A stretch of DNA of 64,000 nucleotides. Origin: Macrostomum hystrix (Eukaryota; Animalia; Platyhelminthes). Positions 33,522 through 46,540 of the stretch are shown one piece after another; position 1 is the stretch's first letter; the number at the start of each line of letters is the position of its first letter. The stretch spans positions 5,270,001 through 5,334,000 of the forward strand of contig CATNEN010000039.1 in NCBI GenBank assembly GCA_950097015.1, given 5' to 3'. The notes beneath the pieces are model-generated. The model had not been told where the DNA came from and did not search any database. It saw nothing but the letters and a program-made list of their open reading frames with translations. Both the position numbers and the translations under genes were made by a program.

Positions 33522-36167
33522 CCGCGCTGCTGAAAATGTCAGTGGAACCGAATATCGAACCCAAATTGTGAACTCTAAGGAGAAACACGGTGATTTGATG
33601 AAAGCTAATGAACCATCTGCATCTCTAAGTCCACAAAATATTTCCCTGTTGATGTTTGTTAACATTATAAGCCTCGACAAGACTGCAAAATAATGAATAC
33701 ATAATCATCATATTTGCTTTAAAAAGTTTACTCTGTATCTAAATCAATATAATACAGAGAAGCTATACTATGGCCTGATGGGTGCCGAAATTGACATAAA
33801 AACTGCTATACGCAGTAAAGCATAAAAACATAAAATGCGTGAACAGTTTACATGCAAATATTGTCTAAAGTCCAGATGCAGTTCATGTTTTTTAAGAGAA
33901 TCAAATTCAGACCATTATTCGAGAAACGCGAGAGCGTGCAGAGTGCAGACAGCGAGACCGCGGCCCTGCCCCCCCCCGACGTTAGGTTTGACTTATGGAG
34001 TCCAGAACCGCGCTATTAAGTAGTCTCTAACTTCTGACTCTAAACAAATTACTAATAACAAATTACTAATCTACACTGAAATTAGTGTAGATCCTAAGCA
34101 TGGGGACCTTGGAATATCTGAACACCAACAAGCTGTCAAACATCACAATTAAGGCAGGTGGCTATCTCTGGGAGGCCTGAATCCGTTTCTGTTTTCTACA
34201 TGTACATCGAATCAGCACCGTGGCATCTCAGTGCTCACATATTAAGCCATCCTTGGGTAAAATCAGCATTGTTTATCTCACCGAGAGCTGAAGTTTCGTC
34301 ATTTTCATCGATCGCATTTTTAATTACTAAATATAGTTAAGCATTTAAGTCATTTTCACGTGGTTGGTGTATTCTGCATTAGCAGGTTAATCGCAGAATA
34401 AATTTAAGCTAAATTTCGAAATACATGTTTTAACTACTTCAAGTAGCTAGTGTAGAGCAACACTTTTATTTCTTAGTAATTGCTATTGAATTCCTAAATC
34501 AGATCAGTAAACTATGTAAAAACCAAGCAAACGATAGCAATATGATAAATTTATATTTTTTAAAGGTTTTTATTGATGCTCTAATGGTATATGCACAAAT
34601 TTATAGTTTGCCATAACTTTTTGAGCACGAATTTAAACGCAGAAAAATATAGATTTTTTTCGCCCCAATGCGTTCAACTCAGTCAGTAGAGACATAGTTC
34701 GTTCGTTCAGACATGCAAAATGCAAGTACCAAAGTGGTCGGCTTCAGCTTTTACTACTTTTGCAGCGGGTTATTGCGATGAGGATAGGCAAGATCAAGAC
34801 ATGTATTAAGATTCAACAAGCCTCTCCGAAGTTTAAAGCTAAGATGCAGTATGGCTGATTATGCCTAGTATAAATGCGTGGTCCAGTGGACTGCAGAAAA
34901 AGTCAAGGCTTAGGCCCTAGTACTGAAAATTCACTGCATTCGACAGGGTTCCCCATTTTTAGGTTCCTGCGAAGACCTGAGCTCAAAGCAGCTAACGTCT
35001 AGCAGCTCTACTAATGTGACCTCAAAACTTAGACTGTATAATTTTTTATGAACAAAAGATGGCATTGACATACATATATAATTGGCTCCTGTCTCCTATA
35101 GTTTATATATATTGTCTAGAGGGCCTAATTGTTGTCGAGGAAAGTTTTATTTGTTTTTAGGCATCTACTTTTTTCTATTCTATTTGTATTCTTGAAACAT
35201 GCAAGCTAGCTAGGCCTAGTTATATATTGGCCTAGGCCTATCACAATGAAAAAGAATAGGCCCTATATTATTTTAACAAATGCAAAGTCACAAAAGTACC
35301 TAGCTAGCTTACTAACACTTATAATAGCTAGAAAGCTTTGCTTTTAAGACTTAGCATATCTATGAGCCTAGTTTTAATTTTACTCATTTGCTAGCTTAAT
35401 AAGGCATAGCCACCTAATTTAGTAAATTGATTAGATCACTAAAATGTTCATGAATATATAGCTATACAGCAAGATATATTTTATTAGGGGCCTATTACTA
35501 GGCTAATTCTAAGAAAATAGTAATAAATATTAAATATATAATTCTACTCAACTCCAGTTTTAGCTACTTTGGTTGTTTATACTCTGTTTTTATATATAGG
35601 CTTAGCCGGCTTGGGCTATTTGCAGGTAATTAGGGCCTAAGCTTGCTATAGACACTAAAGTATTAGCTATATATTTTTGCAGTACTTAGGCCATATAAAA
35701 TACAATTTAGCTAAGACTAAATAAAAAAGCCATTTCAAGATTAGGCCTAGCTACAAATTATTCACTAAAAAACTGAGCATATATTTCTAAGTCTGTTGCT
35801 TATAGCTAGGCCAACACAATTGTTTGTAATCTGATAGATAAAGAAATTTTGGTTCTAGCTAGCTAGAACTTTAGGTAGTATCTATTGTATACCATAGAAT
35901 ACAAATATACTATAGTAATCATAGTACATTGTTTGATTCAAGTCTAATAAATGTTCAAAGCAATCAGACTATAACATGGCTATAACAGTGTCTATAAATA
36001 TAACATTCCAAGTGAATTGAAGGGGATACATACAAGTTCTACTCATAGTAGGCCTCTTTAAGGTTAGAATTGTATTTTTTTCAAACTTAGGTATATAACT
36101 TAGTCTATCGAAATTATATTATTGACCAGAATTGAAAATCTAACTCTCCAGCTAGTCGCATCAGCTG

Positions 36168-38772
36168 ATGTCTCGCTCCACACCTTATCGCCGGACAATC
36201 TCCGACACTGTCAACTGGCGCCAGGAGCAGGCACTTGAGGCCACCATCTTCATACTGCGAGAAATTGGACCCACCGGCTTCCTGCTGCAGGAGGATGGCG
36301 CTGTCGGCCACATTAAAGTGCTCATTGGAGACCCACATCACTGCAGTTGCTCGGAGTTTCGCAAAGATCGGGACCTGTGCCGCCACATCTGCTGGCTGCT
36401 GCTGCGAAAATTTCGCATCGACAGGGACGACCCGCTTAGCTGGCAGGCCGGCTTGGTGGAGCGAGAGATCAACGGATTGCTGACTGGCGCTGGGCGGCGA
36501 CGGGGCAATGCTGCTGCTGCTGCTGCTAGGAGCACAGATGGCGAGGCTGGTAATAAGCATCAGACATCTTCTGCTACTGGCGGTGAGTAGTTATGAAGAG
36601 AATCATAAAGAGTTTTTGCTTGAGTTTGAGTGTTTGAAATTCGGCCTATTCCGTGATTCACTATCCCCTGAGCACGTACTGATTTGGGGTGTACAACTGA
36701 TTCTCATTACCTATCCAAGATCCCTATTAAAATATGTATCTAAGATCCCAATTATCTATCTACGAGTACGATCCCATAATTTTCCCAAATCCCCATTATC
36801 TAGCTATTGAAATTCAATTCAGATCTCTATTTCCCAGTGCTCCGTACTATTAAATTTAAACTTCTCTCCCCAACAGAAGCGGCCTACCCAGCAGCCCAGA
36901 GGCCAATAGGCGCAGAGGACGTGTGCCCGATCTGTCAGGAGGAGCTCCTGGCCAGCCGGCTGCCCGTGACCTACTGCCGCCTGACCTGCGGCAACTCCAT
37001 CCACATGCGCTGCATGCACGTCTGGGCCGCGCACCAGAAGAAGCAGCAGCAGATCCCAGCTGACGGCAATGTGTCCTGTCCGATGTGCCGCGGCGACTTT
37101 GCGCCCTACGCCCTGCTGATGCAGGAACTGGGCAACGCCTCAGCTGCCAAGCAGGCCGTGGTTGCTGCCCACAGGATCGCCTGCTCCGGTTGCGGCGAGG
37201 CTGCCATTGTTGGTGAGCCTGTGTGTTGTGAACGGAGGAATCCCAACAAAATCCCCCGTGAATCCGGACTTTCGTACTGACCGTCGGCGACGCTGTGGCG
37301 CAGGCGAGGGAGAAGGCAGAACGATCTCTGGCAGCTCATGTGCTCTACGGTCTTTTTATCAATCCTGCCTTCAAGGGGGCACAGAGGGTTCTACATATAT
37401 AGGCATGAAACACTGGGGCAGATAAGAAAGCCCGGGGCTTTAATCCAGACAGAGGCCGTTCAGCCAATCAGCAACGAGAGCAGGGTAGAGAAAAAGGGGG
37501 TTCAAAATTTCTAGTTAGGGCAGCCAATCAGAAGCTTAGACAATACAATGAGGGCAGAGTGAAAGTACTTTGTCTGCCAGTACCTAAGCGACAGAGAGGC
37601 ACTACAGCAAGGCTGGGGGGGAGGCACATTTGTCAGATACACTTGATTCTGCCATGGCAAAATTTACTAATAACTTTCCAACCTGACACTGAAACTAAAA
37701 CAATCCCACAGGCAAGCTCTATCGCTGCACCGTCTGCCGCGATTATCACATGTGCCAGCGGTGCTTCAATTCGCCGCAGGTGCATCCACAGCAGCATCAG
37801 CAGCAGCATCGATCAGTTGGAGCAACTGCGGCAACATCGGCGTCGGTATTTCAGTTTAGAGAGCGATCCGGCCAGCAGTGGCGTCCGGTGGACCGGCTTG
37901 CTGGCATCGGCGTACCTTTGTCTGTGGCCGGACTGCTGCAGGTGCGAACCGGGTGGAACCTGTTTTTGATTCTAGCTTTAAGTTTTCTGTGTAAGGTTTT
38001 TGAAGTTCGTTTTAAACGTTCGTGTTTCAGATATTTCAGATTTCGAAAAGTTTTTTTTTAACTTATATTTTTACTGTTAGTAGTGTAGTTTGAACACTGC
38101 AGTGAAAACTAGTTCGCATTATTTCTGCAGTCGCGTCCCGGCGATTTTGGCGAAGCCGACTACGAAGCACTGATGGCGCTAGACGCCCCGGCATCCGGCA
38201 GCCACCTCACCGAGTCGGCCCTCGGCCGTCTGCGCCACTGGACGGTGCAACGCGGCCACACTCTGACTAGGCCTGGTCGCCAGTGCCCCCTCTGCCTCAT
38301 GGCCTTCCTGCCTGGCCAGCCGGTGCGCCAGCTGGCGCCCTGCCGTCACGTGATGCATAGCGCCTGCATCGATCCGCTACTGCTGCACAGATCTTGCCTG
38401 TGTCCCCTAGACAACATCGAGGTGAAGCCGCCTGAGCTGCAGCAGCAACAGCAGCAGAGTCATGCACATTCTACTGCGAGTAGTAACTGCAGCATCGGCT
38501 TTCAAATTCAGGGCCTACAGCTGAATGGGAATCGGATTTTGTCATCCTCCTCGTCTGCCTCGGCTGCTCATCTGCCGCCGTTGCCAGCTGTCACCAATTC
38601 TCTGTCGTCATCATCTTCTTCTACTGGCGCTGGCAAGCGGAAGCCGCTGGTTGCTGTGGCTTTCGGCCGCGGCGGCCAGCCAAGGAGTCGGAGCTCCGAT
38701 GGCAGGCGGCGTAGCAGCGGCAGCGGCCGCGGCGGCGCTTTGAACTTGGAGCTGACCGCCCTGCACCTTTGA
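36168..38772 (+). CDS. ZSWIM2: E3 ubiquitin ligase ZSWIM2-like (SWIM-RING-ZZ-RING)
   Basis: join(36168-36582,36877-37212,37712-37941,38131-38772). Motifs: GPTGFLL, SWIM CSC...CRHICW, RING CPICQEEL...CGNSIH...CPMCR, ZZ CSGC...YRCTVC..YHMCQRC and a second RING CPLC...CRHVMHSACID...CPLD. Confidence 0.9.
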
Positions 38773-39299
38773 ACCTGCTGGCTTTGCATTCCTTGGAAGA
38801 ATCGCGCTGAACAAATTCCTAATTTTACTTCCTTGCTCACCCAATCTTGTGCCTTGCTTTAGTGCCGGACACCGTTTTTTCTACAAGTGTTGACTTTCCT
38901 TATTACTTTGCCTAGATTTTTTCCTACGCTCGTAGATTATCTAGATACTATTATTTTTATACCTGCTTCTGTTTGCCATTGATCTGAGTTCATATGGCTT
39001 GCGGACTGTGATACCAAATTTTTAATGACGAAAATAGATCTACTCGTATTTTTTGTGAACTTTATCTTCTATTTAAACGAGTTTTTTATTTCTTTTGTTA
39101 CTGGGCTGCCACACCCACACGTTTTCACAGCTGGGTTAATTATCTAGACTCTAAGAGATTAACTCAGTGGATTAAGTGCCTTGCTTAAAGTCCAAAGCTC
39201 CGTTGTAGCCCACAGTAATCAATAACAAAGTAGGTTAACTGTATGTAATCCTTCAGAAACCTCCCAATTCCATTCGATTGCCGCCTGCCGCAGTAAATC

Positions 39300-42068
39300 A
39301 TGGACGAAGACCGGCGGGCCAAGAAGCGCAAGAAAGATCGCAGAAAGAAAGAGCGCAAAGAGAAGCGGCACTACAGCGGCTCCAGGTCGGATCGGTATTA
39401 CAGGGACCGCGACAGTCGCAGCCGAAGCCGCAGCCGGAGCCGCAGCCGAAGTTCTAGCGTTGCGCGAGACCGCGACAGGCCTCAGCAACTGCAGCAGCAG
39501 CAGCAGCAACAGTCGACTGTCAGCGCCGGCCTCTGGTCCGAGATCTCCCGCACCACCGGCTGCTCCGCGGTTGTTGCCGCGGTGGCTCCACCAGCTCCGG
39601 CCGCGTCGGCGGTCAAACCGGCGGATTCGCATCGCCAGCAGGCGGCCGTCCAGTCCAAGGGACCGGAGCCAAGGCCGACGCAGCGGCCGAGAACTCCTCC
39701 GGGTCCAACAACGCCGAAGGACGAGTCGACGACGCCAGACGCTGCCGCCGCTAGTCTGCAGTCTTCGCCTACGCAGCCGCCGCTATCGACTACGCCACCG
39801 GAGTCCAGGCCCGCTGTGTGCCAACGAAGGCGAGCCGACGCCAAGGATCTGGTTGGTTTCCTGGTGCTATCGTGGGTTTATGGGATTTTGAGATATATGA
39901 TAGTTTTGATTAGGAATTCGGGGTGGGAATTTATACCAGGTGATTTGAATTAGGGATTCATTCTGATGCGGATTAGTGCAGGGACTACTAGATTGTCACC
40001 TAGTGGTTAGAGCGTCGGACTCACGACTTAGAGGTCGGAGGTTCGATTCCCGACTCCACTGGAACCATTTGTGTCCTTTCGCACAACAATAGCATTTTAT
40101 AATTAGAACGGACTTTTAAATTCATCTCCGTAAAACTAACGTTTCTAAATTAGTTGCTTTTTTGCACTAAAATATTTTTGTAAGCAAATCATTTTTGTAA
40201 CTACCAGCCCTTAATAAAGCAATGGTCAGAAGCTTATCTGAATCCATTTTATATTGCACTTTGTTACATATTCCCTGTTTGACAAAAATTCACCCAATCA
40301 CAGTGTCCACCACATAATTAGCACCATATTAAGATTAAGTTTAAGAGGTTGTAACCTTGTGGTTAGAGCGTTCGACTCACGACTTGAAGGTCGGGGTTCG
40401 ATTCCCGACTCCCTTGAAACGATTTTTTTCCTTTAGTATGCCCACTTAACTCTGCATTGCTTCAGTTCGCCCAGCTGTTAAATAGGTAACATCTTTAGTT
40501 GGGGTAATTGAGGGTGGGTGTGGCGTCTCCCCAGTCCATGGACTGAAAAAGTCAGAAAAAGTTGGAGAAGTTCTAATACATTATTATACTCGTAATAATT
40601 TTGGATTAGTGCAAGAGATTAACTAGGATCAAGCATATCCTGAGCAAGCAGACAGCAACATCCACCCGCAATATCCCTTAGGTCTACCTGCAGCGCACGC
40701 TCAGCCACTTCGAGATCCTGGCGCAGGTTGGCGAAGGCGCCTACGGCCAGGTGTACAAGGCGCGCGATCTCAACTCCGGCGAGCTGCGCGCCCTCAAACG
40801 AGTCCGACTAGAGAAGGAAAAGGAGGGCTTCCCCATCACGGCCGTGCGAGAAATCAAAATACTCAAACAATTGCATCATCCGAACATTGTCAACCTAAGC
40901 GAGATTGTGGTAGACGAGGAGTCGGCATTCTACCTGGTGTTTGATTACATGGACCACGACCTGTTCGGCCTGCTGGAGTCATCGGCAACCGAGTTTCACG
41001 AGCAGCACATCGCCAGCATGATGAAGCAGCTGCTTGACGGCCTGCACTATTGTCACTGTAAAAGATTTCTGCATCGCGACATTAAATGCTCAAATATTCT
41101 GCTAAACAATTGCGGCCAGATTAAATTGGCGGATTTCGGCTTGGCCCGATTGTACGCCTCGGAGGACCGGCCGTACACCAATCCTGTCATTACCCTGTGG
41201 TACAGGCCGCCTGAGCTGCTACTTGGCGAGCTCCAGTATTCAACAGCTGTCGATATCTGGTCCTGCGGCTGCATCCTTGGCGAACTGTTCAATCGGAAGC
41301 CGCTGTTTCACGCCAATAGAGAGTCGGAACAATTGGAGGCAATTAGCCAGGTTTGATGCGAATATTTCAATACATATCGGCTACTTAGAAATATTTCGAT
41401 ACATATAGGCTATTTATAATTTTTGCTGCATGTGGGTCGGCTAGTTCTAAATCTTTCGATACATATAGGCTGGTTGTACATTTTTCAATACATATAGTCT
41501 AGTTATACAGCTTTTTATACACAGGCTAGTTGAAATTTTTTTTTTACATGTAGGCTATTTATATAGATTTCGATACGTATCGTTTGTTTTAATCAGCTAA
41601 TTATCTATCAGCTATGCATCCGAAAGCTATTTCTAATGCCTGGCTTAGGTGTGCGGCACTCCAACTCCGGCAGTTTGGCCATCCGTAATTCGGCTGCGGG
41701 ATTTCGGTACCTTCAAGCCCAGGCGGCAGCACAGGCGCAGGTTGCGCGAAGATTTCGCTTACCTGCCGCCGCTGGCGCTAGACTTGCTGGACTCCATGCT
41801 GCAGCTGGATCCGGAGAAGCGCTGCTCGGCCAGGCAGGCTCTGGACGGAGCCTGGCTGAAGGATGTGGATCCGGCCAAGATTCAGCCTCCTAATCTGCCT
41901 ACGGATCAGGACTGCCACGAGATGTGGAGTAAGAAGCGACGAAAGCAGCAACAGCAGCAGCAGCAGCAGCAACAACAGCAGCAGCGCGCATCGTCCGGCA
42001 TGCCTCGTTCGTCAAGTCTGGCGGAAATGAAGCGGACAGCAAACAGTTCAAAAAATTGTCTTCTCTGA
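39300..42068 (+). CDS. CDK12: CDK12/13-like cyclin-dependent kinase with RS-rich N-terminus (3 exons)
   Basis: join(39300-39851,40682-41350,41649-42068). It has RS repeats, [56 protein letters not shown] and the C-terminal [12 protein letters not shown] extension typical of CDK12/13. Confidence 0.9.
39991..40085 (+). mobile_element. SINE family A 5' fragment (CDK12 intron 1)
   Basis: Matches the reverse complement of the 26161-26455 head. Confidence 0.75.
40345..40546 (+). mobile_element. SINE family A, 3'-truncated copy (CDK12 intron 1)
   Basis: Head and body through cagtccatggactgaa match family A. Confidence 0.8.
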
Positions 42069-42576
42069 TAATAGACCTTGTTGCGATCACCTGGCTGTTC
42101 TATGTCGTATTTAATATGATTTTTATCCGACTGGCCTTCTTCACTATGCACTACTGCTCAGTCTGTCAGTAGGCTGTATCGCTTTTTTATCCGACTGGCC
42201 TTCTTCACTATGCACTACTGCCCAGTCTGTCAGTAGGCTGTATCGCTTTTTTATTCTCTTTGCTTGCATGGCGCTGACCATCTCTGTTTTTTGTTTCTCT
42301 GCTTCATTTTGCCGAATGCCTTTTTGTCAAATGAAAAGTAAAATAAATGGATTGCAGCATGCCATTGCGTCAGATCGCACAAAATTGCAGCGTAGGTAAT
42401 TTTTTAGCTCGAGTCCAAGACAATTGGGTTTGTCTACTTCTCAAAAACAATTTTGTATTTAAAGCACAAAAGCTAGTGTTAAAGTTGTAACCACAGAGGC
42501 ATGGAAATTATGAAACTTCATATTGAATACAAAGACTGTTAGATACTGTTTGTATTTATCAGCTAGACATAATTAT

Positions 42577-45045
42577 CCTCAGATTGACTGACTCAAACCC
42601 ACAGGTCCTCAGATTGACTGACTAACACCCACAGGTCCTCAGATTGACTGACTAACACCCACAGTTCCTCAGATTGACTGACTCACACCCACAGATCCTC
42701 AGATTGACTGACTCACACCCACAGGTCCTCAGATTGACTGACTCACACCCACAGGTCCTCAGATTGACTGACTCAACCCACAGGTCCTCAGATTGACTGA
42801 CTAACACTCACAGTTCCTCAGATTGACTGACTCAACCCACAGATCCTCAGATTGACTGACTCAAACCCACAGGTCCTCAGATTGCGTTACTCACACCCAC
42901 AGATCCTCAGATTGCGTTACTCACACCCACAGATCCTCAGATTGACTGACTCAAACCCACAGATCCTCAGATTGACTGACTCAAACCCACAGATCCTCAG
43001 ATTGACTGACTCAAACCCACAGATCCTCAGATTGACTGACTCAAACCCACAGATCCTCAGATTGACTGACTCAAACCCACAGATCCTCAGATTGACTGAC
43101 TCAAACCCACAGATCCTCAGATTGACTGACTCAACCCACAGATCCTCAGATTGACTGACTCACACCCACAGGTCCTCAGATTTACTAACTCAACCCACAG
43201 GTCCTCAGATTGACTGACTCACACCCACAGTTCCTCAGATTTACTAACTCAACCCACAGGTCCTCAGATTGACTGACTAACACCCACAGGTCCTCAGATT
43301 GACTGACTCAACCCACAGGTCCTCAGATTGACTGACTAACACCCACAGTTCCTCAGATTGACTGACTCAACCCACAGATCCTCAGATTGACTGACTCAAC
43401 CCACAGATCCTCAGATTGACTGACTCAAACCCACAGATCCTCAGATTGACTGACTCACACCCACAGTTCCTCAGATTGACTGACTCAACCCACAGATCCT
43501 CAGATTGACTGACTCCCACAGATCCTCAGATTGACTGACTCAAACCCACAGATCCTCAGATTGACTGACTCACACCCACAGGTCCTCAGATTGACTGACT
43601 CAACCCACAGGTCCTCAGATTGACTGACTCAACCCACAGGTCCTCAGATTGACTGACTAACACCCACAGATCCTCAGATTGACTGACTCAACCCACAGGT
43701 CCTCAGATTGACTGACTCAAACCCACAGATCCTCAGATTGACTGACTCAAACCCACAGATCCTCAGATTGACTGACTCAAACCCACAGGTCCTCAGATTG
43801 CGTTACTCAAACCCACAGGTCCTCAGATTTACTAACTCAACCCACAGGTCCTCAGATTGACTGACTAACACCCACAGGTCCTCAGATTGACTGACTCAAC
43901 CCACAGGTCCTCAGATTGACTGACTAACACCCACAGTTCCTCAGATTGACTGACTCAACCCACAGATCCTCAGATTGACTGACTCCCACAGATCCTCAGA
44001 TTGACTGACTCAAACCCACAGATCCTCAGATTGACTGACTCACACCCACAGGTCCTCAGATTGACTGACTCAACCCACAGGTCCTCAGATTGACTGACTA
44101 ACACCCACAGATCCTCAGATTGACTGACTCAAACCCACAGATCCTCAGATTGACTGACTAACACCCACAGTTCCTCAGATTGACTGACTCAACCCACAGA
44201 TCCTCAGATTGACTGACTCAAACCCACAGATCCTCAGATTGACTGACTCAACCCACAGATCCTCAGATTGACTGACTCCCACAGATCCTCAGATTGACTG
44301 ACTCAAACCCACAGATCCTCAGATTGACTGACTCAAACCCACAGATCCTCAGATTGACTGACTCAACCCACAGATCCTCAGATTGACTGACTCCCACAGA
44401 TCCTCAGATTGACTGACTCAAACCCACAGATCCTCAGATTGACTGACTCACACCCACAGGTCCTCAGATTGACTGACTAACACCCACAGATCCTCAGATT
44501 GACTGACTCAACCCACAGGTCCTCAGATTGACTGACTCAAACCCACAGATCCTCAGATATACTGACTCAAACCCACAGGTCCTCAGATTGCGTTACTCAA
44601 ACCCACAGGTCCTCAGATTTACTAACTCAACCCACAGGTCCTCAGATTGACTGACTCACAAAGGTCCTCAGATTGACTGACTCACAAAGGTCCTCAGATT
44701 GAGTGACTAACACCCACAGGTCCTCAGATTGACTGACTCAACCCACAGATCCTCAGATTGACTGACTAACACCCACAGTTCCTCAGATTGACTGACTCAA
44801 CCCACAGATCCTCAGATTGACTGACTCACACCCACAGGTTCTCAGATTGAGTTACTCAAACCCACAGGTTCTCAGATTGAGTTACTCAAACCCACAGGTT
44901 CTCAGATTGAGTTACTCAAACCCACAGGTTCTCAGATTGAGTTACTCAAACCCACAGGTCCTCAGATTGAGTTACTCAAACTCACAGGTCCTCAGATTGA
45001 GCAGCCACACTCACAGGTCCTCAGATTGAGCAGCCACACCCCACA
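42577..45045. repeat. ~29-30-bp minisatellite, ~2.5 kb (cctcagattgactgactcaaacccacagat)
   Basis: About 80 variant units downstream of CDK12. Confidence 0.95.
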
Positions 45046-45474
45046 ATGTCATATCATGATTTTCACATTTCCTGAAAGCTGTTTACTTTGTGCAATTGCT
45101 TAAGCTCGTTTCGCTAAATTGTTTTAGCTTTCTGCCATTTTAATAGAAACATTTTACAGTGTCTTTATGTTGATGTACGAGTATGAAGCCTATAGAATTA
45201 TGAACAATAGAGAATCGTTTTTATCATTTAATTTTTTCGCGTTCTCGTTACTTTGATTGCTTACTTCAAATTTGTTTTTAGGCTAAACAGGTCTGGTTTT
45301 ATTGCTTTGGAAAAATACAGATATTTAAAGTCTATGCGTTGCTGGAGCACCATGTTTGATTAGACAATTTATGCGAGTCAGTTATCGCATTTGCTACCTG
45401 GTTTATCTTATTTGGACTCTTCAACGAAGCCTCAAGAAGTTCCTGAGGTGAAGATGAACATGAAAGTGAAGTGC

Positions 45475-46200
45475 TCAGGGGTCTGAAGTGTAGGATTAGG
45501 AATGAGAGGGAAGAGTTCAGGGGCCTGAAGTGTAGGATTAGGAATGAGAGGGAAGAGTTCAGGGGTCTGAAGTGTAGGATTAGGAATGAGAGGGAAGAGT
45601 TCAGGGGCCTGAAGTGTAGGATTAGGAATGAGAGGGAAGAGTTCAGGGGCCTGAAGTGTAGGATTAGGAATGAGAGGGAAGAGTTCAGGGGCCTGAAGTG
45701 TAGGATTAGGAATGAGAGGGAAGAGTTCAGGGGCCTGAAGTGTAGGATTAGGAATGAGAGGGAAGAGTTCAGGGGCCTGAAGTGTAGGATTAGGAATGAG
45801 AGGGAAGAGTTCAGGGGCCTGAAGTGTAGGATTAGGAATGAGAGGGAAGAGTTCAGGGGCCTGAAGTGTAGGATTAGGAATGAGAGGGAAGAGTTCAGGG
45901 GCCTGAACTGTAGGATTAGGAATGAGAGGGAAGAGTTCAGGGGCCTGAAGTGTAGGATTAGGAATGAGAGGGAAGAGTTCAGGGGCCTGAAGTGTAGGAT
46001 TAGGAATGAGAGGGAAGAGTTCAGGGGCCTGAAGTGTAGGATTAGGAATGAGAGGGAAGAGTTCAGGGGCCTGAAGTGTAGGATTAGGAATGAGAGGGAA
46101 GAGTTCAGGGGCCTGAAGTGTAGGATTAGGAATGAGAGGGAAGAGTTCAGGGGCCTGAAGTGTAGGATTAGGAATGAGAGGGAGAGGGAAGAGTTCAGGT
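45475..46200. repeat. 42-bp minisatellite x~17 (gaagagttcaggggcctgaagtgtaggattaggaatgagagg)
   Basis: Near-perfect tandem array. Confidence 0.95.
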
Positions 46201-46540
46201 AACAGGTGTAGGAATGAACCAGATGGATTTCAACAGAGTTAAAGAAATCGCATCAGTGAAAAGCGATCTCTTATAAAAGCAGTGTTGATTTATGATCGCA
46301 AAACATGCGAACAGCTGCAAAACAGGACATTGTGCCTGAGCTATTAATTTTATATTTCGGCGATAAATAGCGCGCCTATTCAAGAACTCAAGGAAGACAC
46401 TAATATAAATGAAACAATGCAACATTTGCTTGAGGCCAGTGTGATATACAAGTATGAGCAAGCACCTGTTTAACTAATTGCAGTTTAGGAATCCCTCTGG
46501 TTTCAGTTTTCTAGGCTGGAATGGCAGGCAACACTGCGGG

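Noticed and set aside
37410-37660. Possible MITE or promoter (two CCAATCAG boxes) in ZSWIM2 intron 2
   Set aside because: There is only weak terminal similarity, no TSD and no second copy in the window.
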